DNA of 64,000 nt from Nitrospirota bacterium (lineage in GTDB: Bacteria > Nitrospirota > UBA9217). The first letter of the stretch is position 1, and the number at the start of each line of letters is the position of its first letter. The notes under the pieces were generated by a model that was not told where the DNA came from, made no database searches, and saw only the letters and a program-made list of their open reading frames with translations. Positions 30,718 to 40,753 of the stretch are shown piece by piece. The position numbers were made by a program, and so were the translations under genes. Where the stretch lies: contig CAVUCU010000005.1 in NCBI GenBank assembly GCA_963740085.1, positions 384,001 through 448,000 of the forward strand. Direction: 5' to 3'.

Positions 30718-33390
30718 TTATGCCTTTTCTATCCGCACCGTCGAAACTTTGAACGACGGGATCTTGGCCACCGGATCAAGCGTGGTGCTGCTCGTGAGCA
30801 CATTGGCCGCCGCTTCCTTGAAATGGAAGGGGATGAACACCACTCCCTTTGCCGGACGCTTTGATACGAGCGCTTTCACGGTTATGGAACCCCTGCGCGA
30901 GCTGACCTTCACCTTCATTCCGTTGTCGATCGACAGGTCCTTGGCATCGCCGGGGTTGATCTCGATAAAGGCCTCGGACGATATCTTGTCTATCTGCTTG
31001 ACCCGTCTCGTCATGCTTCCGGTATGGTATTGGAAAAGCAATCTGCCGGTGGTGAGAATGAATGGATAGTCTTTATCGGTCTGCTCTGCGGACGGTTTAT
31101 AGGTTACGGTGGTGAACCGGCCTTTGCCGCGCGGGAATCCGCCCTTGAACAGGAACGGTGTGCCCGGATGGTCCGTTGTGGGACAGGGCCACTGGAGACC
31201 GCCGTCTTCGAGCCTGGCATAGCTCATGCCCGCCATAGCGGGCCAGGCCTGACCGATCTCACGGAATATTTCATCGGTATGATTATAAAGCATGTCGTAG
31301 CCCATGCGTTTCGAAAGCTCCATGATGACGAGCGAGTCTTTCATCGCCATTCCCGGGGAGTTTACCGCCCTCCTGACGCGCTGCACCCGGCGCTCGGTAT
31401 TGGTGAACGTACCCACCTTTTCTGCAAAAGATGAGCCAGGCAGGACCACGTGTGCGAGCTCGGCTGTCTCGGTCATAAAGATATCCTGGACCACGAGCAG
31501 GTCGAGCGCCTTGAGCGCCTTGAGCGTATGCGTAGTGTTGGGATCCGAAACCGCGGGGTTCTCGCCCATGATGTACAGGGCCTTGAGCAGGCCCTTTTCA
31601 GCGGCCGGCAGCATCTCGGTGGCGGTCAAGCCCTCCTTGTCGGAGAGCTTCGCCTTCCAAAGGGCCTCGAATTTCTCTTTGATCGCCGGGATGTTTACCC
31701 TCTGGTACCCCGGGTACAGGTTCGGGATGCAGCCCATGTCAGTGGCGCCCTGGACATTGTTCTGGCCACGGAGCGGGTTCACGCCCGCGCCTTCCTTGCC
31801 GAGATTCCCGGTCATGAGTGCGAGGTTGGCAATGGAGAACACGTTCTCCGTACCGTGAGCATGCTGCGTGATACCCATGGTGTAATAGATGCCGGCTTTA
31901 TCCGATGATCCGTACATGCGGGCGGCCCTGATGATCGTGTCTTCCGGAACGCCCGTGATCTTCGATACAGCCTCGGGCGTGTACTCTTCCAGGTTCTTCC
32001 TGAACGCGTCATCAAAACCCTCGGTCAGGGACAGAATGAAGTCCTTCTTCACGAGGCCTTCTTTTATGATCACGTGCATCATGCCGTTCAGAAGCGCCAC
32101 GTCCGTACCGGGTTTGTGCTGAATCCAGATGTCCGCAAACCGGACGAGCGGCACCCGCCGCGGGTCGGCGATGATGATCTTTGCGCCTTTCCGCTTGGCC
32201 TTGATCATCCTGAGCGCAATGATGGGGTGGTTCTCCTTGGTGTTCGAACCGATGACGAACAGCACCTCGTTGTTCTCGATCTCCTGCATGGAGTTCGTCA
32301 TTGCCCCGGAACCGAATACCGTAGCCAGACCGGCCACCGTCGAGCTATGTCAGAGACGCGCGCAGTGATCAACATTGTTCGTGCCGATGACCGCGCGGAT
32401 GAATTTCTGGAACAGGTAGTTCTCTTCATTGGTACAGCGTGCCGAGGCAAGGCCGCCGATAGCATCGGGACCGTGCTTCTGCTTTATGGCGATGAGTTTT
32501 TCTGCGATGTAATCGAACGCCTCGTCCCAGGAGGCGGGAACGAATGTTCCGTCTTTTTTGATAAGCGGCGTCGTGAGGCGGTCGGGACTATTGATAAAAC
32601 TTTGTCCATACCGACCCTTGACGCAGAGCCATCCTTCGTTGATGGTATCCGGCCTCGAGGTGACGCGCACGACTTCGTTCCTGCTCACGTGCAAGGTGAG
32701 GTTGCAGCCGCAGCCGCAGTAGCCGCATACGGTCTCAACCTCCTTCACATCCTTCTGTCTGCCCTTGCCAAGAGACTGTTTGCCGATCAGCGCGCCGGTG
32801 GGACAGAGGCTCACGCACTGGCCGCAGAACTCGCAATCCAGGTCCTTTTCAAAGGGCGGCGCTACTTTGGCGGTGAATCCGCGGCCGGCCACATCGATGG
32901 CACCGAGGCCCTGGATCTCTTCGCACACGCGCACACACTTGCCGCAAAGAATGCATTTTTCCATGTCCCGTTCAATGAACGGGTTCATGTCCTTCTTGGT
33001 GTACTGCCGCCGTTCACCGTAGAACCGGTTCGACCGGAGGTCGTAGAAATAGGCCAGTTCCTGCAGTGTGCAGTCGCCGGCCCGCTCGCAGACCATGCAG
33101 TCATTCGGATGGTCGGACAGGAGGAGTTCGACGATGGTCCGTCGCTGTCGCTCGATCTGCTCGTTCGAGGTCTCCACCTCTATTCCTTCGGTTGCGGGCG
33201 TGGTACATGCGGAAACCAGCCGCGGCATGCCTTTTACCTGGACCAGGCAAAGTCTGCATCCGCCATGGGGCTCGAGCCGCGGATCATCGCAGAGTGTGGG
33301 GATGTAAATATCGTTCCGACGCGCCGCATCAAGGATGGTGACATTGTCGGGAACGGATATTTGCCTGCCATTTATGGTGAGCTTAATCAT
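30718..33390 (-). CDS. fdhA: selenocysteine formate dehydrogenase alpha subunit, upstream copy; joins ORFs 32350..33390 and 30718..32337
   Basis: In-frame TGA at 32350-32352 in DHCARL-U-HSSTVAGL; same domain set as the other copy; 890 aa with read-through. Confidence 0.93.
32317..32352 (-). promoter_or_regulatory. bacterial SECIS-like element
   Basis: UGA CAU AGC UCG ACG GUGGCC GGUCU GGCUAC; stem-loop with a GGU-containing loop, as in fdhF. Confidence 0.82.
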
Positions 33391-33393
33391 ATG

Positions 33394-35172
33394 CTACCCT
33401 TTTTTTATTGACTTGAACTTGCACTTGTCGTAACAGGCGCCGCACTTGATGCAGAGGTCCTGATTGATCACGTGCGGTTTCTTTTTCTCTCCCGTAATGG
33501 CTCCCGAAGGACATACCCGAGCGCATGCGGTACAGCCCGTGCAGGTCGCCTCGATTATGCTGTACGTCAGGAGGTCCTTGCACACGCCGGCAGGACAGCG
33601 CTTCTCGTTGATATGCGCCTCGTACTCGTCCCGGAAATATTTGATCGTGCTCAGGATGGGGTTCGGCGCTGTCTGGCCCAGTCCGCAGAGGGACGACGTC
33701 TTGACGTCGCTGCTCAGGGTTTCGAGCAGATCGATGTCGCCCTTCCGGCCCTTGCCTTCGGTGATCCTCGTCAGGATTTCCAGCAGCCGCTTGGTGCCGA
33801 CCCTGCAGGGCACGCACTTGCCGCAGGACTCGGACTTGGTGAACTCGAGAAAGTACTTGGCCATGTTCACCATGCAGTCGGTCTCGTCCAGGACCACCAT
33901 GCCGCCGGAGCCCATGATGGACCCGACCTTGCCGAGCGATTCATAATCGACAGGCGTGTCAACCATGCTGGCCGGGATGCAGCCTCCGGAAGGACCGCCG
34001 GTCTGGACCGCCTTGAGTTTCCTGCCTCCCTCGATGCCGCCGCCGATGTCGTAGATGATCTCTTTGAGCGGGATGCCCATGGGCACTTCGATAAGGCCCG
34101 AGTTCAGGATCTTGCCGGTGAGCGCAAAGACCTTGGTCCCCTTGCTCTTCTCCGTGCCCATGTCTGCATACCACGCGGCGCCATTGCGCATGATGTATGG
34201 CACGTTCGCGAGTGTTTCCACATTATTAATGATGGTAGGATAGCCCCAGAGTCCCTTCTGGACCGGAAAGGGCGGCTTGGCACGCGGCTGGCCGCGTTTG
34301 CCTTCGATGGACGCGATGAGCGCCGTCTCTTCGCCGCAGACGAAAGCGCCCGCGCCGAGCTTTACCTTGATCGTAAAATCGAACCCTTTTCCCAGGATGT
34401 TCTTGCCGAGGAATCCCCGCTCCTTTGCCCGTTTGATCGCAAGGTGGAGGCGTTCCACCGCAAGCGGGTACTCCGCCCTGATATAAACGTAGCCGTACGG
34501 CGCGCCGATGGCATAGGCGCCGATGATCATCCCCTCGATCACGGCGTGAGGATTTCCTTCGACAACGGAGCGATCCATGAACGCCCCGGGGTCTCCTTCG
34601 TCGGCGTTGCAGATAAGGTACTTGATGGGGCCGGGGGCCTTGATCGCCATGTCCCACTTCACCGCGGTCGGGAAGCCGGCCCCGCCGCGGCCGCGGAGCC
34701 CTGACGCCTTGATCACGTCGATCGTCTCCTGAGGGGTCATGGTAGTGAGGACCTTCTTCGTTGCCTCGTATCCGTTCCGGCTGATGTAGGAGTCGATATC
34801 TTCGGGGTCCACCTCTCCGCAATCCAAGAGCACGACCTTCACCTGCTTGTCGTGGAACGTGTGGTAATCGTCCGACACGAGCCAGTCCGCGACCGGGGCT
34901 CCTCCCACGATGTGCTCGTTCACGATCCGCTCGACCATGTCCGGTTTGATGTACTGATACGTGGATTTGCTTCCGTTGATGGACACGTCCACGAGAACAT
35001 CACGGGCGCAGAATCCCCGGCAGCCGACCTTGTGCATCGAGCAGTTCTTCGCGACAGTCGCCTGGAGGCCGGCATCCGCAAGCGCTTTTTCGAAGGTGGA
35101 CATCACCTCCACGCCGCCGGCCGCGATCCCGCCCGTGCCCATGCAAACCTTTATCGATATGTCTTTCTTCAT
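33394..35172 (-). CDS. NuoF/HydB-like flavin-Fe-S diaphorase subunit, upstream copy
   Basis: GLRGRGGAGFP, CNADEGDPGAFMDR, KPPFP and ESCGKCVPCRVG motifs; C-terminal 2x[4Fe-4S]. Confidence 0.93.
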   Translation of the reverse strand: MKKDISIKVCMGTGGIAAGGVEVMSTFEKALADAGLQATVAKNCSMHKVGCRGFCARDVLVDVSINGSKSTYQYIKPDMVERIVNEHIVGGAPVADWLVSDDYHTFHDKQVKVVLLDCGEVDPEDIDSYISRNGYEATKKVLTTMTPQETIDVIKASGLRGRGGAGFPTAVKWDMAIKAPGPIKYLICNADEGDPGAFMDRSVVEGNPHAVIEGMIIGAYAIGAPYGYVYIRAEYPLAVERLHLAIKRAKERGFLGKNILGKGFDFTIKVKLGAGAFVCGEETALIASIEGKRGQPRAKPPFPVQKGLWGYPTIINNVETLANVPYIMRNGAAWYADMGTEKSKGTKVFALTGKILNSGLIEVPMGIPLKEIIYDIGGGIEGGRKLKAVQTGGPSGGCIPASMVDTPVDYESLGKVGSIMGSGGMVVLDETDCMVNMAKYFLEFTKSESCGKCVPCRVGTKRLLEILTRITEGKGRKGDIDLLETLSSDVKTSSLCGLGQTAPNPILSTIKYFRDEYEAHINEKRCPAGVCKDLLTYSIIEATCTGCTACARVCPSGAITGEKKKPHVINQDLCIKCGACYDKCKFKSIKKG

Positions 35173-35201
35173 GAATGCTCCAGCACCGATCTAAAATAAA
35201 G

Positions 35202-35293
35202 GCAAAATGAATAACTCAAAATGCAAAGTGCGAAATTAAGGACCTCGCCTCGCTCAAAAAACTTTTGCATTTTTCATTTTGAATTTTGCACTT
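35202..35293. repeat. heptamer-based palindromic repeat, CAAAATG family
   Basis: CAAAATGCAAAGTGCGAAATT left arm and TTTTGCATTTTTCATTTTGAATTTTGCAC right arm; overlaps the nuoE stop. Confidence 0.75.
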
Positions 35294-35762
35294 GCGGTTG
35301 CTCTCCTGCCTTCAATGTTTTCATTTCTTTTACGAGCTTGTCCGGCGTCATCTTGCCGTGTACTGTCTTATTAACGATGATAACCGGAGCGATGCTGCAC
35401 GCGCCGACACAGTTTACCTTTTCAACCGTGAACTTGAGATCTTCCGACGTGTCTTCGCCCGCGGGGATGGCCAGTTCTTTTACCAGGCTGTTGATCAGCC
35501 GATCGGAGCCCTTGACGTGACACGCGGTGCCGCAGCATGCCGTGATCACGTTCCTGCCCCTCGGTTTCAGATGAAACTGCGCATAGAACGTCGCGACGCC
35601 GTAGAACCTCGCAAGCGGTATGTCGAGCTGCTCGGAGATCCAGGTGACCGCGTCTTCACGCAGATAACCGAATTCGCTTTCAAGGTCCTGCAGGATCGAG
35701 ATCAGGTTCCCTTCGTTCTCGCGGTACCGCGAAAGTACGCCTTCCAGTTTTTCTTCCATCAT
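35274..35762 (-). CDS. NuoE/HydC-like [2Fe-2S] subunit, upstream copy
   Basis: GVATFYAQF, CCGTACHVKG and VNCVGACSIAP motifs. Confidence 0.93.
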   Translation of the reverse strand: MMEEKLEGVLSRYRENEGNLISILQDLESEFGYLREDAVTWISEQLDIPLARFYGVATFYAQFHLKPRGRNVITACCGTACHVKGSDRLINSLVKELAIPAGEDTSEDLKFTVEKVNCVGACSIAPVIIVNKTVHGKMTPDKLVKEMKTLKAGEQPQVQNSK

Positions 35763-35779
35763 TCTCTTCCTCGTGAGAC

Positions 35780-35812
35780 AAAAAGGGCCGCCTCAATTAT
35801 CCCGGCAGCCCT
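35780..35812 (-). terminator. putative intrinsic terminator between acsB and the FDH genes
   Basis: Minus strand AGGGCTGCC-loop-GGCGGCCCT followed by a short T-run. Confidence 0.55.
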
Positions 35813-35930
35813 GTGAAAACGCAGGTCGTGAGGCGAAGGTCATGAAACCCGAAGAGCGAGCGAAGAAGGTGAACGCTATATTATACACCCCCGCGGCCTC
35901 CGGTCGCCACACGCTCACACCTCAGTCCTC

Positions 35931-38132
35931 TTAGAACATCGGGTCCATGGTAAGCGCCGGATGGCCTTTGGCGGTCAGGAACTCCATCATCTTGTCCGAA
36001 TCCTCCGCCACGGTCTCATCGGCGATCCTGTCCATCAGATCAGGGATCCCCTCTTCTTCGGCGCGTTGCTTGAATTGTTCGGCAAAGGACTCTTTCAGGT
36101 TCTTGGTCATCCAGACGATGCGTTTGAATCCGCCGTCTGCCGAAAGGAACTTCTTGCTCGTGAGAAAGAATCTTCCGATGCCCATAAAGCCCGGGGTCTG
36201 GGCCCCGCCGCCCACGGTGCCGGCAAGGGTCGAGAACTTCATCCCGATGGGGGTCATGCCTGTATAGCCGCGGTTCACGATCATCACGCCGTTTGCCTCG
36301 GGCACGATGGCCATGATGCATTCAAAGCAGCCACAGGAGGTCATGGGTGCGTCCATGATCGTGTAGGCATTGAAATACTCGAGCGCCTGGTGCGAGTTCG
36401 TATACACAAACTCGTCCACGCCCTTCCAGCGCCCCTTGACCGCATCGAGGACTTCGCCTTTCAGCACCGGCTGGTTCGCTCCATTCGGGTCGATCTCATA
36501 GGCGGCCTTGGCATCGAGCCAGTTGTAGGCGCCGCACAGGCCGAGCCGCTCGGGAGACACCACGCATACGTGGTTCGGCGCGAAGCTCTGGCAGAGAAGG
36601 CAGGAATAGAAGGTGTCAACGGACTCGTCGGTCATCGTGGCAAGACGTACATCGCGTTCGAGGTAGGCCTTTCGCGCTTCCTCAACCTTAGCCTTCACGT
36701 CGGCTTCGTCCACATAGAGGGTCACCTGGACCTTGTCCACGATATTGTTGAACTTGTGCTTGAGCTGGGTCGTGAGGATGTCACCGAAGTGTCTGAGAAC
36801 GTATCCTTCAGCGAGCGCGGCCTTACTCACGCGGAACCAATCCTGGTCGCGCTGGCCCATGTGCCAGATACCCTGTGCCTCGTTGATGAAGTGATGGATC
36901 TTGCGCTCAAGCACGGGTTCAAAGTCCTTCTGCATCTTGCGGCCTGCCACTTCGATTATAACGGCGAGCGGCATCTGGCCGCCCTTCTTGTATCGTTCAT
37001 CGGCATCCTTGCCAACGATTGTAACTTTTCCGTCCTCGACCTTGTCCAGGTCCGTCATGTGCAGCCATTCGAACGCCGGCGTGCGCTGTCCGCCCATCTC
37101 GATGTGCATGTCTTCCTTCCGGATGCGCTCTCCTTCGAACGCCGGGCCAAAGGCAACCGGAATCGGCGGCTTCGATACCGTAATCTTGAGACCGCGCACC
37201 TCGATGCACTTTTGTACGAGCTTGGCGGGATCGAGCTCCTTGGCCACTTCTTCGTAGATCGTTACGCCGGTGACCTCGATGGTCGGGATGTCCGTATTCG
37301 CGATCGCCGGGAAGCCCATGTCGATCGCGCCGGCGCCCGTTGTCCATATGCGGTCGTTCAGGGGGCCAAGCACCATGACGAAGGCGAACACCTTGTCCTT
37401 GGAATATTTGAGTATCTTCTTGTAGTCGCCGCCCTTCATGCCGCCGAACGTGATGCCCGCCCGTGCGGCCCAGTTCACCGCATAGATCGCATGCTCCACT
37501 TCGGGTCCAAGCGGGACAAGACGAGTGTCCCAGCCGAGCTGTACGCCCTTCCGGAGGAGTTGTTTGGTCATGCTGTCCCCGTTCACGTTGCCGCACAGGA
37601 GCGTAAGAATGTTCTTCTGCTGAAGGTCCCGGGCGATCTCGAATGCCTGTTCATCGCTGTCCGCCGCTCCGACGATCACCACGTAGCCCGGCATGGAACC
37701 GTCCACCAGCTGCACGCCGAGGTTCCGGAGAATGGTGTCCGAGATGAACCCGTTGTAGGTAAGGCCGATGGCGTCGTCCTTCACGGGCTCCTCTCCGTAG
37801 ATGTACCGGACGGCCATGATCATTTCCTGGGCAAACAGCGTCACCATGCCTGCGTCGAGCGCCTCTCCCAGATACGGTCTGTAAAGATGGTCGTCAGGCG
37901 CGTTCGAAACCAGCGGTTTCACCTTCTGCTCAAGCGCGGTCTTCATGTCGCCCAGGGTGCGGACCTCAAAACCCGTCATGGCGAACATCTGCGGCAGAAA
38001 GTACGCCGTATCAGGGAACTCGAACTTGAAATCCGCTCCTTTTTCGGTAATGGCCTTTTCGACAAGCGCCTCGGCCTGCTTTACGTAGTAGTGGGATCCC
38101 AAAATAGCCCCGGTGGCAATGACTTTTGACAT
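35931..38132 (-). CDS. acsB: acetyl-CoA synthase (A-cluster subunit)
   Basis: FPDTAYFLP, FGPAFEGERIR, CLLCQSFAPNHVC, ERLGLCGA and MTSCGCFE A-cluster ligands; full bacterial N-terminal domain. Confidence 0.97.
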   Translation of the reverse strand: MSKVIATGAILGSHYYVKQAEALVEKAITEKGADFKFEFPDTAYFLPQMFAMTGFEVRTLGDMKTALEQKVKPLVSNAPDDHLYRPYLGEALDAGMVTLFAQEMIMAVRYIYGEEPVKDDAIGLTYNGFISDTILRNLGVQLVDGSMPGYVVIVGAADSDEQAFEIARDLQQKNILTLLCGNVNGDSMTKQLLRKGVQLGWDTRLVPLGPEVEHAIYAVNWAARAGITFGGMKGGDYKKILKYSKDKVFAFVMVLGPLNDRIWTTGAGAIDMGFPAIANTDIPTIEVTGVTIYEEVAKELDPAKLVQKCIEVRGLKITVSKPPIPVAFGPAFEGERIRKEDMHIEMGGQRTPAFEWLHMTDLDKVEDGKVTIVGKDADERYKKGGQMPLAVIIEVAGRKMQKDFEPVLERKIHHFINEAQGIWHMGQRDQDWFRVSKAALAEGYVLRHFGDILTTQLKHKFNNIVDKVQVTLYVDEADVKAKVEEARKAYLERDVRLATMTDESVDTFYSCLLCQSFAPNHVCVVSPERLGLCGAYNWLDAKAAYEIDPNGANQPVLKGEVLDAVKGRWKGVDEFVYTNSHQALEYFNAYTIMDAPMTSCGCFECIMAIVPEANGVMIVNRGYTGMTPIGMKFSTLAGTVGGGAQTPGFMGIGRFFLTSKKFLSADGGFKRIVWMTKNLKESFAEQFKQRAEEEGIPDLMDRIADETVAEDSDKMMEFLTAKGHPALTMDPMF

Positions 38133-38149
38133 GGCAAACTCCTTCTTGA

Positions 38150-38238
38150 GAAATCCTAAATTATAATCTCTAAATCCGAAATAGTCTCAAAATCCAAAAT
38201 ACCATTGGTTAGAGTTTAGGGGTTCGGATTTCGTGCTT
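38150..38238. repeat. heptamer-based palindromic repeat, AAATCCGAAA family
   Basis: Shares AAATCCTAAATT, AAATCCGAAATA and ATTTCGTGCTT with 49986-50100. Confidence 0.75.
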
Positions 38239-38246
38239 GCTTCTCC

Positions 38247-39587
38247 CTACGCTCTCGCCTTCAGAAAGGTCGGGAGCTGGTTGGCCTCTCGCGGCCCCAC
38301 GGTAATCTTCCAGCCCGGCAGTTTCTCTTCCAGAGATCCGGAAAGCACAGCCACATAACCGGGGATGATGAGCTCCTTATGGTTGATGTTCTTCTCTACG
38401 CCGCTCTCGGTAACGAACTGGGCGATCTTGCTGGCGGTAAACTTGCCTGCGGCCCAGGCCGTGAGAACGGAAAGGCCTTCGTTGTCCATGACCGCGAGCC
38501 ACGCCGGCACCTTGCTGTTTTCCACCTCGCCGCGTACGATAAAGTACGATAACGAGAAGTTCGTCGTGATCATGAGCGGCGAGCCCTCTTTTGCATCGCC
38601 GACCTTGTAAACGTTCTGGGCAACCTGCATAGGCACCTGCGGGTCGGTGTAGATGTTCTGGCGAAGCGACAGCAGAGCGAGCATCTTCCATTTTTCGACG
38701 TTGTTCAAAATGATGATGGAAGCGTACTTCATCGTACCGACGGCGGCGGTCATGGCCTCGGCGACGGTATCGTCGCGGTTCGCAAAAGCGATCACCGGGT
38801 ATCCAAGGGGTTTGAAGTTCTTCTTGATCGCTGCCCGGCGGATGATAGTGTAATGCTCGATCATGTCCTTGGCCTTGCGCGCGCCGGAGTCGAGCACGAG
38901 GTCGTCAACACCGAGGGCCTTGACCTTCTCGGACAGCGAGGTGAGCGCATCGAGTCCTTCTGCTGAGACCGCAAGAGAGGCCTTCTTCTCTTTCGCTATC
39001 TTGGCCATTGCCTCCGCGTTCTCGGCAGTCGCAGCGTAGATCAGCGGCTTCTTGTCCGCGCAGTGTGCAATGCCCGCTTCAATGATCGCGGGGTTCTTGC
39101 TCACCAGGATCAGCGGCACACCCGGCGCTCCGTCCACGACCTGTTTCACAACCGAGGCGAACTTCGCCGCATCGCCGCCCTCGTCGGTCACGGCAATGGC
39201 GTCAACCCGGAGCTTCTGTCCGACCCGGTCGATCTCGGAGGTCTTGACCATCTCTATCTTCTTTGCCGCAGCGTCGCCGGCCTCGGAGGCCTTTATCGCG
39301 ACCGCGAAAAGGTTGGGGTTGAAGAATTTCTTTTCATGACGGAACAGGCAGATCTCGCCGCCCACCTTCACAGCCTTGTCTCCGACGCCGAGCGTGATGT
39401 CCCGGATCGGCGGTGCAGCCGACTCGCCCAGGATCTTTTTGGCGTCGTCAGACGCATCCGGGCAGGCATCGAGGCTCGCCTGCTTTGCCGCGAGCTTCAT
39501 GGCAAAGGCCAGGCAGGTCGGGTGGCCGCACTTCTTGCAGTTTGTCTTTGGAAGATGTTTGAATATTTCAACTCCGGAGAGTGCCAT
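38247..39587 (-). CDS. acsC: corrinoid iron-sulfur protein large subunit
   Basis: LPKTNCKKCGHPTCLAFA, RQNIYTDPQ, TTNFSLSYF, GLSVLTAWAAGKF and VGPREA motifs. Confidence 0.97.
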   Translation of the reverse strand: MALSGVEIFKHLPKTNCKKCGHPTCLAFAMKLAAKQASLDACPDASDDAKKILGESAAPPIRDITLGVGDKAVKVGGEICLFRHEKKFFNPNLFAVAIKASEAGDAAAKKIEMVKTSEIDRVGQKLRVDAIAVTDEGGDAAKFASVVKQVVDGAPGVPLILVSKNPAIIEAGIAHCADKKPLIYAATAENAEAMAKIAKEKKASLAVSAEGLDALTSLSEKVKALGVDDLVLDSGARKAKDMIEHYTIIRRAAIKKNFKPLGYPVIAFANRDDTVAEAMTAAVGTMKYASIIILNNVEKWKMLALLSLRQNIYTDPQVPMQVAQNVYKVGDAKEGSPLMITTNFSLSYFIVRGEVENSKVPAWLAVMDNEGLSVLTAWAAGKFTASKIAQFVTESGVEKNINHKELIIPGYVAVLSGSLEEKLPGWKITVGPREANQLPTFLKARA

Positions 39588-39606
39588 TAGTGACTCCTTT
39601 CAGGTC

Positions 39607-39680
39607 TTAACCATGGAGAGCACAGAGCAAATCTTGAATCTCAACCGCATGAATATCTTCTCTGTGACCTCTGTGGTGAA
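39607..39680. repeat. palindromic intergenic repeat, CCACAGAG/CTCTGTGG family
   Basis: 39661-39680 is the exact 20-nt reverse complement of 43405-43424. Confidence 0.8.
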
Positions 39681-39688
39681 ATTATTGA

Positions 39689-40627
39689 TTACATCAACTC
39701 GGCTATGAATTCCTTTGCCCTTGCCACAGCTCCGGGATGGCGCATGATCAGCATATCCGCGCCTGCCGTGATCATGGCCGAGGCAGTGACGGCTTCCCAT
39801 GCAAGCGCCCGATCTTCCAGCTTGCCCCACTCCGGCACCTCGGAATCGGGCGCCATGGTCTCCTTGACCTTCCAGACATTAGCGCCGATATCACAGATGA
39901 TCGGGGTCTGCATCATGGGATCATTCTGCAGGAGTGCGGCCAGACGGATCCGCTCCATCACACTATAGGTATATTCAAGGCCGTATCCCAAGGCTGAGGA
40001 CATGGGGTCCATGATGATCTTCTCTTTGTCGAAACCCATCTGGGAAAGCAGGATGTTGAGCTGCTTGGCAAGGTTCACGTCCAGCTGGCTCATGGCGATG
40101 AGCTTGTGTTCGTTCGCCATTGCGGCCGCCGCGACGGTCTTGTAGTTCTCCTCCACGGCCTTGCCGATCGCGCAGTTCTTCCCGCGCGTGGCCGCCGCCG
40201 CTGCCTGGAGCACCTGGGTGTCTTTCTCAGCAGCGCCGCTTCCGAGAATGATAAGCGGGATGTCGATCGCCGCCGCGACCTCCGCCGCGACCTTGCCCGC
40301 CTCTTCAGGGCTCTTGTTCTGCTGGTCCGGGTGCGTTCCCATGAGCCGGAGCGCAATAATGTCCGCGCCGTTCTGCTGGCAGAATTTCGCCCAGGCAACG
40401 GGGCTGGCTCCCGCACCGCCGATGGCCTTCTTCAGGGTCTCAGGCCAATCATCCGGAGCAATGTCCATAACCTCCATCGCGACAGCCGGCCTGTTCGGGA
40501 ACGTTCCCTCGAATCCCAGAAAGGGCAGGGCGCTCGCCCCTCCGATCGTCACCGCTTTTGCGCCGGAACCGATCTTTACGTTGTAGATCTTGCCGCTATA
40601 CGTCTCTTTCGGTATTACGAGTGCCAT
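39689..40627 (-). CDS. acsD: corrinoid iron-sulfur protein small subunit
   Basis: DVNLAKQLN, ALGYGLEYTYSVMERIRLAAL and MRHP motifs. Confidence 0.96.
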   Translation of the reverse strand: MALVIPKETYSGKIYNVKIGSGAKAVTIGGASALPFLGFEGTFPNRPAVAMEVMDIAPDDWPETLKKAIGGAGASPVAWAKFCQQNGADIIALRLMGTHPDQQNKSPEEAGKVAAEVAAAIDIPLIILGSGAAEKDTQVLQAAAAATRGKNCAIGKAVEENYKTVAAAAMANEHKLIAMSQLDVNLAKQLNILLSQMGFDKEKIIMDPMSSALGYGLEYTYSVMERIRLAALLQNDPMMQTPIICDIGANVWKVKETMAPDSEVPEWGKLEDRALAWEAVTASAMITAGADMLIMRHPGAVARAKEFIAELM

Positions 40628-40654
40628 AAAAGCCTCCTCGAAAAAATATTACGT

Positions 40655-40683
40655 ATATTATCAGATTTATTTTCTTCGGACAA
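40655..40683 (-). promoter_or_regulatory. internal sigma70-type promoter for acsD-acsC-acsB
   Basis: TTGTCC-N17-TAATAT with TG extension in an AT-rich gap; repeated TTGTTA/TTGTTG boxes just upstream. Confidence 0.55.
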
Positions 40684-40753
40684 CAAAAAACATAACAAAT
40701 TGTAACAAAAAACCGGGTGGTAAATAAGTATCACGCTGAAAATCAAGGAATAC

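Noticed and set aside
26215-32352. Reading the split fdh ORFs as pseudogenes or separate subunits
   Set aside because: The same in-frame TGA sits at the catalytic Cys/Sec position in both paralogues with a SECIS-like hairpin, so recoding explains it better.
27274-35762. nuoE/nuoF as respiratory complex I or [FeFe]-hydrogenase genes
   Set aside because: No membrane nuo genes or H-cluster motifs are present; the partner subunit is a Mo/W-bisPGD FDH.
40684-40740. Rex operator upstream of acsD
   Set aside because: TTGTTA repeats and GTGA..TTAC are present, but the spacing does not fit the 18-bp TTGTGA-N6-TCACAA palindrome.
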